DNA of 64,000 nt, taken from the NCBI GenBank assembly GCA_002633005.1, contig NMRA01000441.1, positions 62,001 to 126,000 on the forward strand. Direction: 5' to 3'. The DNA comes from Phoronis australis. Its lineage: Eukaryota > Animalia > Phoronida. The notes below the pieces were generated by a model. The model worked only from the letters and a program-made list of their open reading frames with translations. It was not told the origin of the DNA and searched no databases. The position numbers were made by a program, and so were the translations under genes. Below are positions 38,601-49,599 of the stretch, one piece after another; the stretch's first letter is position 1, and every line of letters starts with the position of its first letter.

Positions 38601-41600
38601 GGTACTAGCCCACGAGCGGCCTCTTCTTTCCAGGCCCTTAACCAAGCTACATGTACTCAGGGGTGGTGGTGCAGCTTCCAAGTTGAAAGTGACCACTGAA
38701 CCCTCCTTCCAAGAGATGAGAACCTCATAATGACCATCGTCACGGACTCTTCCTTTTTTGTCCCACAACTTCAATACGCTCTCGTCATTGGCTGAAAGTG
38801 CAGGCTTCTCGCTGGTAACATTATCATGGTTCATCTCTGGGCATTTACTAGAGGGTAGCATGGAAATGAAATGTGACGTTGCTCGCTGAATTGCTTCTTG
38901 TCTCCCGGGATCATTCAGGGACCATCCTAGGAGGGTTCTGATGGCAAAGGGGTCACTGTTCATCCCTTTTCGGACTTCCAGGGGTACTAATGCCTCCGAA
39001 TTGTCTTGTCCCATCATAATCTCCACACGTACGTTTCACTTCACCAGGGGGAGACCTTTCAAGGGAGTAGCGATCAACATTTATACTGGGGGGGGGGCGG
39101 CCTGCAGGAATGTGTCAACGAAATAAACATTCGACATCAAGAGTGTATCTGTGCCAATTTGAGTATCCAAATGTAACTCGACACAATTGTAAGTTTTCTC
39201 CTCATCGCTCTCACTCACGGTACTCAGACTATAGAGGGCGTGTCGTCCCTTGAGTCGTAGGGTCTTGGCCATGCCCTTGACACAAATCTGGAAGTGGAGG
39301 CACTATCCAGCAAGGCATGAGTGTGATAATTACCATTGACGCGTACCGGTACAATCGGCAGGTGCAAATTGGTCGATTTTGTCCTTGCGTTGCAATTCGT
39401 CACCTTGTTGCCTTGCGCTTCTTCCTCTTGTCGAGAGATGTGGACAAATTTTGTGTGCTTCTTGCCGAGGCCCTAGCACGCTACACGCTGACGGTTTTCT
39501 ACAATTTTCTGTAGAGTGATTTCGCATCAAGCAATTCTCGCACAGGTGGTGCTTCGATACAGTCTGTTTTCTGTCTGATGTGTCATATCTTCAAATTGTT
39601 GACAGTTCCAAAGCCGATGGCTGTCACAGTACTTAATACGCACGGGATTCTGGTCTTCGACTGGGATTCGCGCAATGCATTGCCGTCTGTAATGCTGTAT
39701 GTTTTTGGTGTCGTGGTTCTTGTCTCCTGATTCTAGGTCTTCCGTAGACCGGGTCATTCATTTCTAGTGATATCTCGGATACAAAGTCGACAAACATCCC
39801 CAGGTCTGGGTAGACTCTCTCTTCTCTCTTTTTATCGAGGGCTCGTTTCTTCCACCTATTTTGAACAAATGGTGGAAATCTGCCTAAGATTTCCAGTATG
39901 GAGGACTGTGTGTCAAGTTCGGGAAGCTTGCCCATTTTCTTGAGGATGATGAATCCATTTGCCAACTCGTCAGCAAAACTGCGAGTCTCTGACGGGGTTT
40001 TCAGGAAGTTTCCCTTTTTGATATCCCGCATCAGCCTTTTGGCTACAACGTTATCATTGCCGAATCTTGCTTCAAGAATGTCTGCTGCTTTCTTGTATCC
40101 GTCTTCGCCACCGATAATGAGGGCACACATGCAATCAGATAGATTTTCTTAACCAACCTTTATGGGTTAGCAGTGATCTGCGGGCAGGAGCAAAAACTAT
40201 TTTCTACAGGAAGTGGTGCAATAGAGACATAGTCTTTATAAAGGACTTGTTTTCCCCAGACGGTAGTATTTTGAACTATAGATTTATTGTGGATATTTTA
40301 GGTATCAAAACGAACTTTATGGAGTATAATAGTCTAATTTCAGTGATATTTAAGTACCAAGGTGGTATTGATAGAGTTGTTAGTTTTAATGCGTATTGTC
40401 CTGTTATGCCAACGATCTTAGTGGTGGGAGAGGGTGTCAACATATCTGTACACAATTAAATTATAGTTCCGATGTCTCAAAAGCGGAGTCAAAATGGGTC
40501 AACGAACTGAACGTAAACACAACTAATTTTTCATGGGAAGATGTTTATTCCCTTCTATATAACACAACAAGAGACCCAAAAATTAGGTGGCTTCAGTTCA
40601 GACTCTTGACGAGAATTTTGACTACTAACTCATTTTTAAAAATAATTCAAGTTACGGATGACGACTCTTGTTACTTTTGCGGACAATCGAAAGAGACTTT
40701 GAAACACTTATTTTGGGGATGTGAAACAGTAAACTCATTTTGGACAAAAGTTAATAACGAAATTCTAAACAAAGCAAAACCCCAGTGTATTGGCACGCTC
40801 TCCTGCAACAACGTTATTTTTGGCTTTTTTGATAAAAAAGAAAATTTTAAAAACATTGTTTTGTTATTGGGTAAACAGTTTATTTACACCCAAAAGTACT
40901 TCTAAGTAATTTTTTAAACTTCATCAAAGAATATTATATGAGTGAAAAGTATAATGCTCGTAAGGATTTGAATTTAGAATTTATACAAAAAAGATGGTGT
41001 ATCTTTGAAACGGTTTTTCTTAACAGTCAAGAGGATTAGTTGTGGGGTATGCGTGTGTGTGTGTGCGTGTCTGTGGATTTTCCGTATTCAACGCGCGTTG
41101 AATACGGAAAAGTAGTTCTTCCATATAAAGCTCCACAATACGACCCGTATTTAATGGCCATATCATCATACGTATAGGATAACAATAATTACATAATATG
41201 ACTGGCTGCTAGCCGGGTCACCAGACAGCACTGGCATAACATGGGCTTACAATAGTCCCGGTTAGTTAACAACTGTAACCACCTGTCCACAGTACACTGT
41301 GGTCGGCTCAAATTACGGCGAAGTCGCGTGAGATGAGAGGTTCTGTGGGCACGAGTTTTATATGAACCCTGGGCACGAGCGTTGTAAATGTATAAAATAT
41401 TAATAATATTTATACTGTGATGTCAATGGTATAAACATAGTAGGTACACAGCAGTCCGATAAACAGCAGGTAGCCATAGATAAGTTTCAAATGAATGCGA
41501 TGGGCCATTTCGGAGATACGATGTTTGGAAGGGTTTGGGTGCCTGATATTTTAGAAAGGTAGTGGTATTTTGTGTTTATACATGTACATTTATTCATCTG

Positions 41601-44600
41601 AATTTGCTGTGCAACTCTGAAGACAATCGGCTAGCAGCTTTATTATAGACACCGTAGTTTAACGTCATTTTATTTCAGTTTGCCCTAGCTTTTTTCACAT
41701 TGTAACTCAGAAATAGTAAATTCATTAAAACAAGTTTCGGGTTTTGTGTACCCGACTGTCAAGTTTGTCAAAACACATTTCACGTATATTAAGCTTCAAG
41801 AGCGGTCTCGCAGCTAAAACGAGAGTCGGTCAAGACCCAGCACAACTGCTTTGGACACTGTCACTACACAAATCCACCAAAGAATTGGATATTTTTTCTT
41901 TTTTGTTTATTTCCAGTGATGGATCGTTTTAGCCAGTGCATAATAAAAACACATCGTAATGTCGCGTGAACTTGTGAAGTAATGGGTGTTTTTCATGAGA
42001 TGAGGGTCAGTAATAGTTTACATCGACGACTGTGGTCTGCAGTCTGGGTTTGGTAACATTGCTTCAGCTTCGCGCCTCCCCAAGACACTATGCTGGGTAC
42101 GAGCATGTCTGAGGGAGGAGTTTAAAACTCCTGAAACACCCACAGATCCGTCATTGCCGGGTATTTCATGACTAGTGGCGACATGCACATGTACACCACT
42201 GCATGACGTCTGCAGGCCTGAACAATGACCGCAAAGAGTTTATTATTAAAATAAACTCTTTTACATGTAGTGTGTGAAAAATCAAGTTGACAAAGTCAAT
42301 TAGGATCGCAAACCCACTCTGTGTTTCTTACTGTTGCACGTCTGGAGAAAACATTAGAAGTTACACGAATGTTACTAATCATTACTTTTGCATTTGAGGA
42401 CGGACAAGGAGATTCGCCATTTTTACTGACCTTGCTTCTTCCCTCAATCTCTGAGTACTTCTTCCCGTTACGTTGGCCGTAGTGTGGGTGTTGGCGTAAA
42501 ATTCGTACACATTGGTTTTGATAAAGTCTTCGATGTAGTTGAGAGGCCTACCGGATGCCGTGTAATCGCAGTAGATGACTGAAACAAGCGGAAATGAAAA
42601 CAATTCGTTTTGTAATAGTCATATTCAATTTATGATCAGGGCAAATATTTGATCAATGTACATCTAGAGCGATTTCTAGTTGACCTCACTCCTTAACTTT
42701 GTAGGGCAAGACTGGTCGAGTTGACAAAAATGTTCATGTATATTCAGCTTCGAACTGACCGCAGCCGTCATTTGAACACCCCGCCACAGTAACAATTTGA
42801 CTGATTTGTAAATCCCCCTTCCGTTAGAAAACTAACTTTTGATTTAGAGTACTTACGGTTATGAGACTAGGGCCCGTTCCAAGAAACAAACTTAAAAGTT
42901 CATTTTTGATTATCTAAGGTCTAAGATTTGTCTCAACCTCTAAACTTTGAAACTTCCACATCCGGCGTCTTGAGTCAAACTAAGACAAAAAATAAGCCAA
43001 AAACTTAAGTCAAAGTTAAGGTCACTTTCTTGGACCACACTTACGTGTAAGACAAACCTAACGTTAGTCTTAATGACATGAGATTAAGATTTGTCTTAGC
43101 TAAGTCATTTCCTTCGAAAAGGCCCCTGGTCAAAACTTACTTCTTTCTCAACACGGTTGGAAAGAGCTGGCACATCGTAAGAGAAATGACCAAACGTGAC
43201 TGTTGACGGAGTCTTACATTTCCAAAGTAGATACTAAAAATTATTTTCATGATCTTGATGACAGGCAATTTCTAGCCCTTTTGTTCTTACTATCTTACCG
43301 CGTCTTTTTCCGTAAGGTCCTTCAAATATTGCATCTCTTCCAATAATATTTTCAGATATGAACTTGTAAATTTTCCTTTGGTTCGGCTTAGCTGCGTCCT
43401 TTTGTGGTCTGCTCCTTTTGACACCGTCTCTCTGGACATAAAACCAAGGAAAAGTATCGATTGTTTGATGAGATTTTCAGTGATCAACTTGTGCTTCAAC
43501 TGATAGAGAAAATACGCTCACTATATCTCCGCTTATAATATACTTGTGTTATCTGTACAGCTGTCCCGCAACAACACCTGAGAAAGATCTGGTTGCTTCA
43601 ACAGTAGCAAGCCTTTGTCAAAATATGGGTAACAAAATTTGACATATCTGTGCCAAGTAACTCGAGTGCTATGCTACACTTTTGAAAATAAATAACAACA
43701 ACAAAAATTGTAATTATAGTAATAGTAACAGTAACAGTACTAGTAATCTTAGTAATAGTTATAACAGTAATGACAATAATAACAACAACAGCAACAGCAA
43801 CAGTAATTGCTGTTGCTGTTGTTGTTTCTAACTTTTTTTCAAGAGGACGTGTGAGTGCAAATCCCACCTCTGGACGGTCTGACCTGTTTATTTCAAAACT
43901 AATGACAGTCTGCGTGGCTGTTTTGCAAGCGAAATTACGCCAGTGGTAAAAGCTTTTGCATTTTGATTCAATTGTCCCCATATTGCCACAACTGCACTCA
44001 ACCTTCAAGTTTATTGAGTGCTTTGTTAGTGATTGCGAAATATGTTTATCAACTATTTGTCACACTAGCTTTCTTCGCGATATTTTTGCTTCTATGGAAC
44101 TTTGCACAGGTAACATATTGCGAACGTCGGGACCTTTTTGTCATAATGAGGTCGTCTGCGCAACAACTAACTTTGCACTTGAACTATCGAAGTGTCATTT
44201 ACAGACGACACTTAAAGGAAAACTTAATCTTTATATAAAGTTTGATCATAGGAATATTTCCAGCAATATATTTTGTTAATCCGATACCAATACGAATATG
44301 CTTCAAACTTTTCCATACCATGATTATAGGAAATTATTCCCATCTCCAACAGATCATTGGCTAGTAAAAAGACTAGAAACATATGCAACGACTTTTCAGG
44401 ACCGATCATCCTTTTAACTATAGGGTCACATATACCAACCGCCGGTGATGTAATAGTTCATTTTGATGGTAGAAGCAAATATGCTATCATCGACATCGTG
44501 ACACGAACAATTCAGGGACCTGATGCCTGAACTGGATTTTTGTTGTGAAGTTGTCGGAAATGAGAACGGTTGATTTATGTTCACAAAGAAGCTCAGGTTC

Positions 44601-45734
44601 GCATAATCAAGAAATCCTAGCTACGCGATACTTGTTTTAACTGTTTTTTCCTCAAACGGATTATGCATACAATAATACACTCCCGCAATTCGACAACATG
44701 TCTGTAATCAGAGGATGATTCAGATAATAGACGATGCAAATACGGTGACAGTTACAAAAATCACAGAAAATTTGATATTGATACACACTTATTTAGTACA
44801 CCAAGCGTCACAACTTGATATAAAAATTCCAAATAGTTATGACAATTACAAACAAAATTTGCGACTATTTCATTGCCGGCCTGACAGCGTTTATTTGATG
44901 AAACACAGAGGAAGAATAAGACTTCGTGGTTGCTATTTGTTTATGTAGAATAAATTTTGGAAATAGTTGTAATAGAACTACCATTTCATTAGCGCTCAAG
45001 CGGCAATGAAAAAGTAATAGTATAATCATCTCGCAGTCAATCAATGGTTTTGATTTGGTGACAAATGCTCGACAACTCCAAATAATATTTTGATTGAATA
45101 ATAATATTTCAAGCGATTTCCTGCCACATTTATCACGTTACCTAGTGACTCTCGGTATACGCAGTCAGACATCATAAGACATATCTCACCACGAGATGGG
45201 TTGATAATAAAAAAATCTTGATGTTGCCGTTTCAAAGAGTAATCCTTACTCAGATTTTATTTAAAGAGGTATTAGATTTGCCTACTGACAATGATTGCCT
45301 GTTTAATTATAAAGAAGGTGTTCGGTAAGTTACTTTTCAACGGGTTCAAACAGTGTACCTACGACGGTGAGCGACAATGCCGACATCTCGCGTTAATCTA
45401 AACATTTTTCGGGTCAATTCAATCTTAACTTTGACGAGTACGGACGAAATAACGTTATTTTGACATGGAAACACCATTTCTAACATGTTTTTAACAAGAC
45501 AACCCGATGATTTAGGGCTTTAACTAGAATATGTCATGGGGGCATATTTTCGTCAGCAGTGCAGTGGTCCTCTATCCTGCTACGTCGTTACACACTGTAC
45601 AGTTAATTGATGTCACTGGGTCAAACAAACGTTGTATATCAGGCGTCGGACTAGGACGAGATATGACTTACCTTAGCCCACACTCCCACAGAATTAAGGG
45701 CTATAGTATTATGTCCAGACGGAACGTTTCCCAT
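26679..45734 (-). CDS. PLP-dependent aminotransferase class V / probable cysteine desulfurase-like protein, multi-exon
   Basis: Phase-consistent core exons (minus): 42431-42578, 37595-37721, 36815-36949, 36359-36540, 35785-35917, 34871-34981, 33267-33518, 32883-32971, 32308-32346, 29249-29360, 27767-27907, 27367-27420, 26679-26918. Motifs: YCDYTASGR, YANTHT, IFTGSGVTGAIHKL, PYEHHSNILPW, SAASNVTG, SPHKFVGGPGTPG (PLP Lys), REEGGTP, NDLFGIQSRGGCACAGPY (catalytic-Cys region), KPGFTRLNLPYF. The 5' exons 45672-45734, 43299-43499, 43141-43233, a possible 42690-42831 exon and a cassette 27040-27081 are less certain. Confidence 0.9.
28113..29135 (+). mobile_element. Helentron-associated (HINE-like) element, copy 1, with CTCF-motif monomers
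   Basis: 5' caacccagagcgttgaaata; monomer cores ccactagggg at 28691 and 28845 and cctctaggaggc at 28987; 3' gatgacggcaata plus hairpin ending gggggcataaaaa. Confidence 0.6.
30357..32146 (+). mobile_element. HINE-like element, copy 2, with ~150-bp tandem array (11 monomers, ~450-bp higher-order trimer)
   Basis: 5' aacaagagcaacgcagagcgttgaaatgcgccc; motif cores at 30446, ~30594, 30735, 30885, 31054, 31199, 31342, 31497, 31644, 31805, 31953; 3' gatgacggcaat plus hairpin atgcactcacata-taaa-tatgtgggcgcat. Confidence 0.75.
33973..34561 (+). mobile_element. HINE-like element, copy 3
   Basis: 5' aacaag...aaatacgcc; subterminal IR ttgccgtcgtttc (~34017) / gagatgacgacaa (~34519); monomer ccactaggggcgac at 34111; 3' gtgagagcataat. 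Confidence 0.6.
37791..40130 (-). mobile_element. BEL/Pao LTR retrotransposon remnant (gag-protease-RT fragments, probable PPT and 3' LTR)
   Basis: Gag-like GYKKAADILEARFG...FVDFVSEISLEMNDPVYG; protease region ALLDSAS, PFAIRTLLGWSL; RT start WYIPHHP..KKPGKLQIVFDCSAK..GESLND. Minus strand has purine tract gagggag then TGTTAAC at 38132. The left LTR boundary is uncertain. Confidence 0.85.
40140..41070 (+). mobile_element. L1/Tx1-clade LINE 3' fragment (zf-RVT region) ending in (GT)n
   Basis: KIRWLQFRLLTRILTTNSFL...CYFCGQSKETLKHLFWGC..V..FW...LLLGKQFIY motif; frameshifted. Confidence 0.85.
41078..41111. repeat. Perfect 34-bp palindrome, probably a HINE terminal hairpin
   Basis: ttttccgtattcaacgc|gcgttgaatacggaaaa with no spacer. 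Confidence 0.85.
42870..43127. mobile_element. MITE family A, inverted copy
   Basis: agggcccgttccaagaaac ... tcgaaaaggcccct; interior is the reverse complement of 22390-22635. Confidence 0.7.
43694..43825. repeat. Degenerate trinucleotide (AAC/TAA/TAG) low-complexity tract
   Basis: aacaacaac...agtaatagtaacagtaacagta...aacaacagcaacagca...gttgttgtt. Confidence 0.7.
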
Positions 45735-45978
45735 ATTTCAAACGAATATTAAACGAACTCGACGTGCACGTACTTCTGAGTTCACAGATAACACCCGACC
45801 TCGCAGTGGTCAGTACTGAGTGTTGAAGTTGGCTATTGTATGAAGTCTGACGCCGTGCGCATACACATGCACTTTTTATATGACCCGCGGAAACCGACTG
45901 GTTAGGAAAGCCGGTAAATAATCTAATTGTTTCTGATCGGGTGAACAAGTCCGACCAACTCGTGAACTCGGGAGTATT

Positions 45979-46219
45979 CAGTGGCAGATCTACGATTTCA
46001 GTAAGGGGGGGGTTAGGATTCGAAAGAATCCGAGGCGCGTAGCGCCGAGAAGAAGGAAGGTCGCGAGAGGGTTTCCCTCCTCCCGTGTAAGATTTTTTGG
46101 GATTTTTAGTAGCTAATTTCGTTTTTCTGGCGATTTTTTTTCCAGCTTTTATTTTTGATCCTGTCCCGAGGGGGGGGTTTAAACCCCCTGAACCCCCCCC
46201 CCCTGTAGATCCGCCTCTG
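45979..46219. mobile_element. Non-autonomous DNA transposon, CAG..CTG ends, 5-bp TSD (hAT5-like)
   Basis: TIR cagtggcagatctac / gtagatccgcctctg; perfect TSD GTATT at 45974-45978 and 46220-46224. Confidence 0.8.
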
Positions 46220-48299
46220 GTATTTTGCCACGGTGCGTAGTTCATCAATGGCGCGGAACCCCGTTTATCTACGAAGGTACAGTAGGTAATAAGCAGGGAA
46301 TCCCGCCAACTCTGCGGATATAGAGGGGCAAAAACGGCCATGCACCATCCCCCCCTACTGACAAACGAGTGGTCACTGCCGAGATATAGTAATACACTTT
46401 GCTCGTAATAAAATGTAATAGATACAAATTACGAACACAAAACTTATGGAGAGTGAGTCCGAGAAGGACCCGAAGCCGGAACTACCAAAAAGCAACATCA
46501 TATGCAACAGAAAAGTAAAACAAAAATAAAATATCAATTTCAAAGAGGTGGTCATACACATTGAACGACAATACACCAGACAGTTGGCAATGGTGCACTC
46601 AAAATTATAACTTTCGAAAGTATTTCTTTAAAGAATATCTGTAACAGAAGCTAATGAATGGGGAATAAATTTTAGTGAAACACTTTTGGGAAGGTTGTTG
46701 ATAGTGTTGAGCAAGGCATTGCTAACTAGATGAGATGTGTAAAGACGAGAGTTACATGTATCATTCGGCACCACCTCTAATTAAATTTGTCCCTATCGTC
46801 GGAATTCGAAGTTAACGAAGAGGGATCCTATGTGCTTTGGGTCAGGTTCAGGTAGATATTCCAGGTATCATCCTCCCTAAACTTTCGCAGCTTACACAGC
46901 AGGGAATCCCCAGCGCGTGCGAACACTGGAGAGAAACCATGTGCGGTAGCATAGAAGCTCCTCGATCAGTGACGTCAATATTATTATGCAAAAATGAGAT
47001 ATTTCACCGTCACAGCTCCAATAGTAAAAAGTAATTATTACAATTTCAGAAACTTAAGTTAAATCTGGGAGACAGTTCTACTTTTCGATGTCGCTAACGA
47101 GGATAGCCCTAATAACCAAGTCAAATTTGTCATTTGTTCATATGGGACCGAGCGGCCGAAGATCAACTACTGACACTTAGCGCAAGAAACGGTTCCGAGG
47201 TAAAATAAGCATATTGCGATTCTTAACCATGTTGTTTTCGCTCATTTTTGTTTTCGAAGGTGAAAGTCGATCAGCCAACAGTATCGCGCTTTGAGGACTT
47301 TCTCAAAAATCGTCACTTAATCGGTCCAGTGCAGTCTAGAATTACGAAAATGTGCATGTTATGCTCTCACAAGTTTGAAAAAATATGTTATGTTGAAAGG
47401 GCATGATTTGAGAATAAGTGTTAATGAACCTGGTTTGCTTTGAAAATTGTTTTGCAGTCTGGTTTCAAGAACAATTGTGCCAATAGAATATGGTTAACTT
47501 GTCTGCGGGCACTGTAATCACAATAACATTGTTTTGGTGTGATTTATTTAAACGAAACTCAGTACATGTATCAGTGATTAAACTCTCAATTGCACAAAGT
47601 GCTTGGCGGACACTCAACAGGGAGGAGAACTGACTCCACATTTTACATTTCTTATGCTTTCCGCCTCAGTCCTATTCTTTTCAGCAAATATAGATGGGAA
47701 TTTGTATCAGCATGTGCCAACGTAATAAATTTTGGTTGCTTGGTATGGCTTTTACAGTGGGTACGATAGGTGTGACCTACGCTACTTAATGTAATTGCAT
47801 CAGGCGTTACAAAAACACAAACAGGGTTCTGTTGGAGTGCGTTTTACCCATTCACTTTAGAAAACACAACTAGTTACCTAGACAATATTTGGCCATGATC
47901 AACACCATTAGTATTAATAAAAGTTGCTTATACTAACAAATATGAAACTTTTAATCAACTTTTTAACACATTTGTTTACAATTGAAATATTGGAGCATTG
48001 CAACTGACCAAAAATAAGCAATTGAACGGTGCAAATAAAACTCCCCATGAAAGGCCGCATTTTTTTTAGTTTAACTGGAGAATGTGACTGTCATTCCCCA
48101 CGCGACATAGCCATATTTTACCGTTGAATTAAAAAGAAAACACGGGGCGTTTCATGGTTTTTGCGGCATTCGCAATTTACCCATTTTCCTAACAAAAAAC
48201 AAAAAAGCGCCGTCGGAAAGTGGTTGTAAACAGGTGACCCTCTGTCACCATATCTTATTTTATGTGCTGAAATCTTGTCATTTAGTGCAAAGCACATTA

Positions 48300-48930
48300 A
48301 AAATATAAAGGGGTCAATGATTAATGGAACAAAGTATAAAATCACTCAGTATGCGGAGGATACAACTTACATTTATTTTAGTCGGTTCACCGGGTTCCTT
48401 GGCAGAGACGATGAAGGTATTGTATTTCTATGAAAATATTACTGGCTTGAAAATTAATCATTCCAAAACAAATGTTATCTGGATTGTCAGTAAAGAGTTT
48501 TCTAAAGAGGTCTAGCATCATTAAAATGGGGTGTTAATGTTTAACATGATAAATGATAACTTTGATTTAATACTCTAGAAAATTAAACAGATGCTGAAGA
48601 TACGGCCTAAAATCTCACTATATTTGGTAAAGTAAAGATTATATAAACTTTTGTTATTTAAAAAAATATCCATTTATTGTCTTCGTTACCTAGTCCATCT
48701 CCAACATTTTTAAGTAATTTAAGTAAACGATTTGTTTTTCAAATTTATTTGGAGTACATGTAACAAACCAGACAAGATTAAGAGAGCTATTGGCAAAAAA
48801 GGATGCACCTGAAACATCTTAATGTAGCTCTTAAATTTTTGTGGATAAAGAGATTTTTATTAAAATTACTGCTCAACCCAAGTGGACATTACTTGTTGAG
48901 GCGGAGTTCGGTATAGCAAAAATGAAACAA
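48300..48930 (+). mobile_element. Degraded L1/Tx1 LINE RT fragment
   Basis: Broken frames: IKGSMING..K.TQYAEDTT (degenerate YADD), TGLKINHSKT.VIWI, LTIFGKVKII, FIW. Confidence 0.7.
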
Positions 48931-49094
48931 TAACATCCTATATTTCACTTCCGGAGTAGGGCACGACTAATTAATTAAATTAACTGAAAAATATGTCTAG
49001 CATAATCAACGAATCGTATTTTTACTAAAAATGACATGGAAAAGGGTTGCCTTCACCTATAAGTCATCCATTCGATGATACATGTGTATATTGC

Positions 49095-49200
49095 ACACTT
49101 AATATTGATCTGAGGGGTCCGCACTACGGTGGCTGACGTGTGTATGTACACTTAATATTGATCTGAGGGGTCCGCACTACGGTGGCTGACGTGTGTATGT
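49095..49200. repeat. 53-bp tandem duplication (2 copies)
   Basis: acacttaatattgatctgaggggtccgcactacggtggctgacgtgtgtatgt occurs twice. Confidence 0.9.
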
Positions 49201-49599
49201 GTATCATATATACTACTTAACTGCCTTGACACTAATCGTTAACACTTTTGTAATGTTGTATTTGGATGTCATTGCCTCAACATTATTGTATTGTTCTGGT
49301 TGAAGAATAAATGGTAAAAAGCGCCGTCGGATACTTTTGGGTGTTACGTCTCCCGTTCGACAAAAAAACACTATCGGGACGCTTTGTGTGTTGAGGCGAA
49401 CATTTCACCCTTGAATTTTGCCTTCAGGGGCGAATCCAGGATTTTGAGTTAGAGGGAGCCATGGCAGAGTATTAGCCAGAATTTTCTGCCAAATGGAATC
49501 TGGAAGAATTTTAGAACCAGGTATCCCGCTTTTCTCTGGAAGTTCCGTTTTTCAATCCAATTGTCCCGTTTTTTATTCTCGAACGTTGATCGTGACAAC

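Noticed and set aside
43148-43150. In-frame TGA as selenocysteine upstream of IYCDYTASGR
   Set aside because: That frame has another stop earlier in the exon and is not in phase with the upstream exon; no SECIS was recognised.
43598-44008. 136-aa ORF with a TM-like T/I/V tract
   Set aside because: The hydrophobic run is a translation of a degenerate trinucleotide repeat.
1-45734. Sulfur-metabolism gene cluster (sulfate transporter, ISOC, desulfurase-like)
   Set aside because: Only three ordinary spliced genes with no shared regulatory evidence; conserved synteny across species would be needed.
45709-46341. 210-aa ORF from the ORF track
   Set aside because: It runs through a GC-rich MITE and the probable promoter/5' UTR, and has no recognisable domain.
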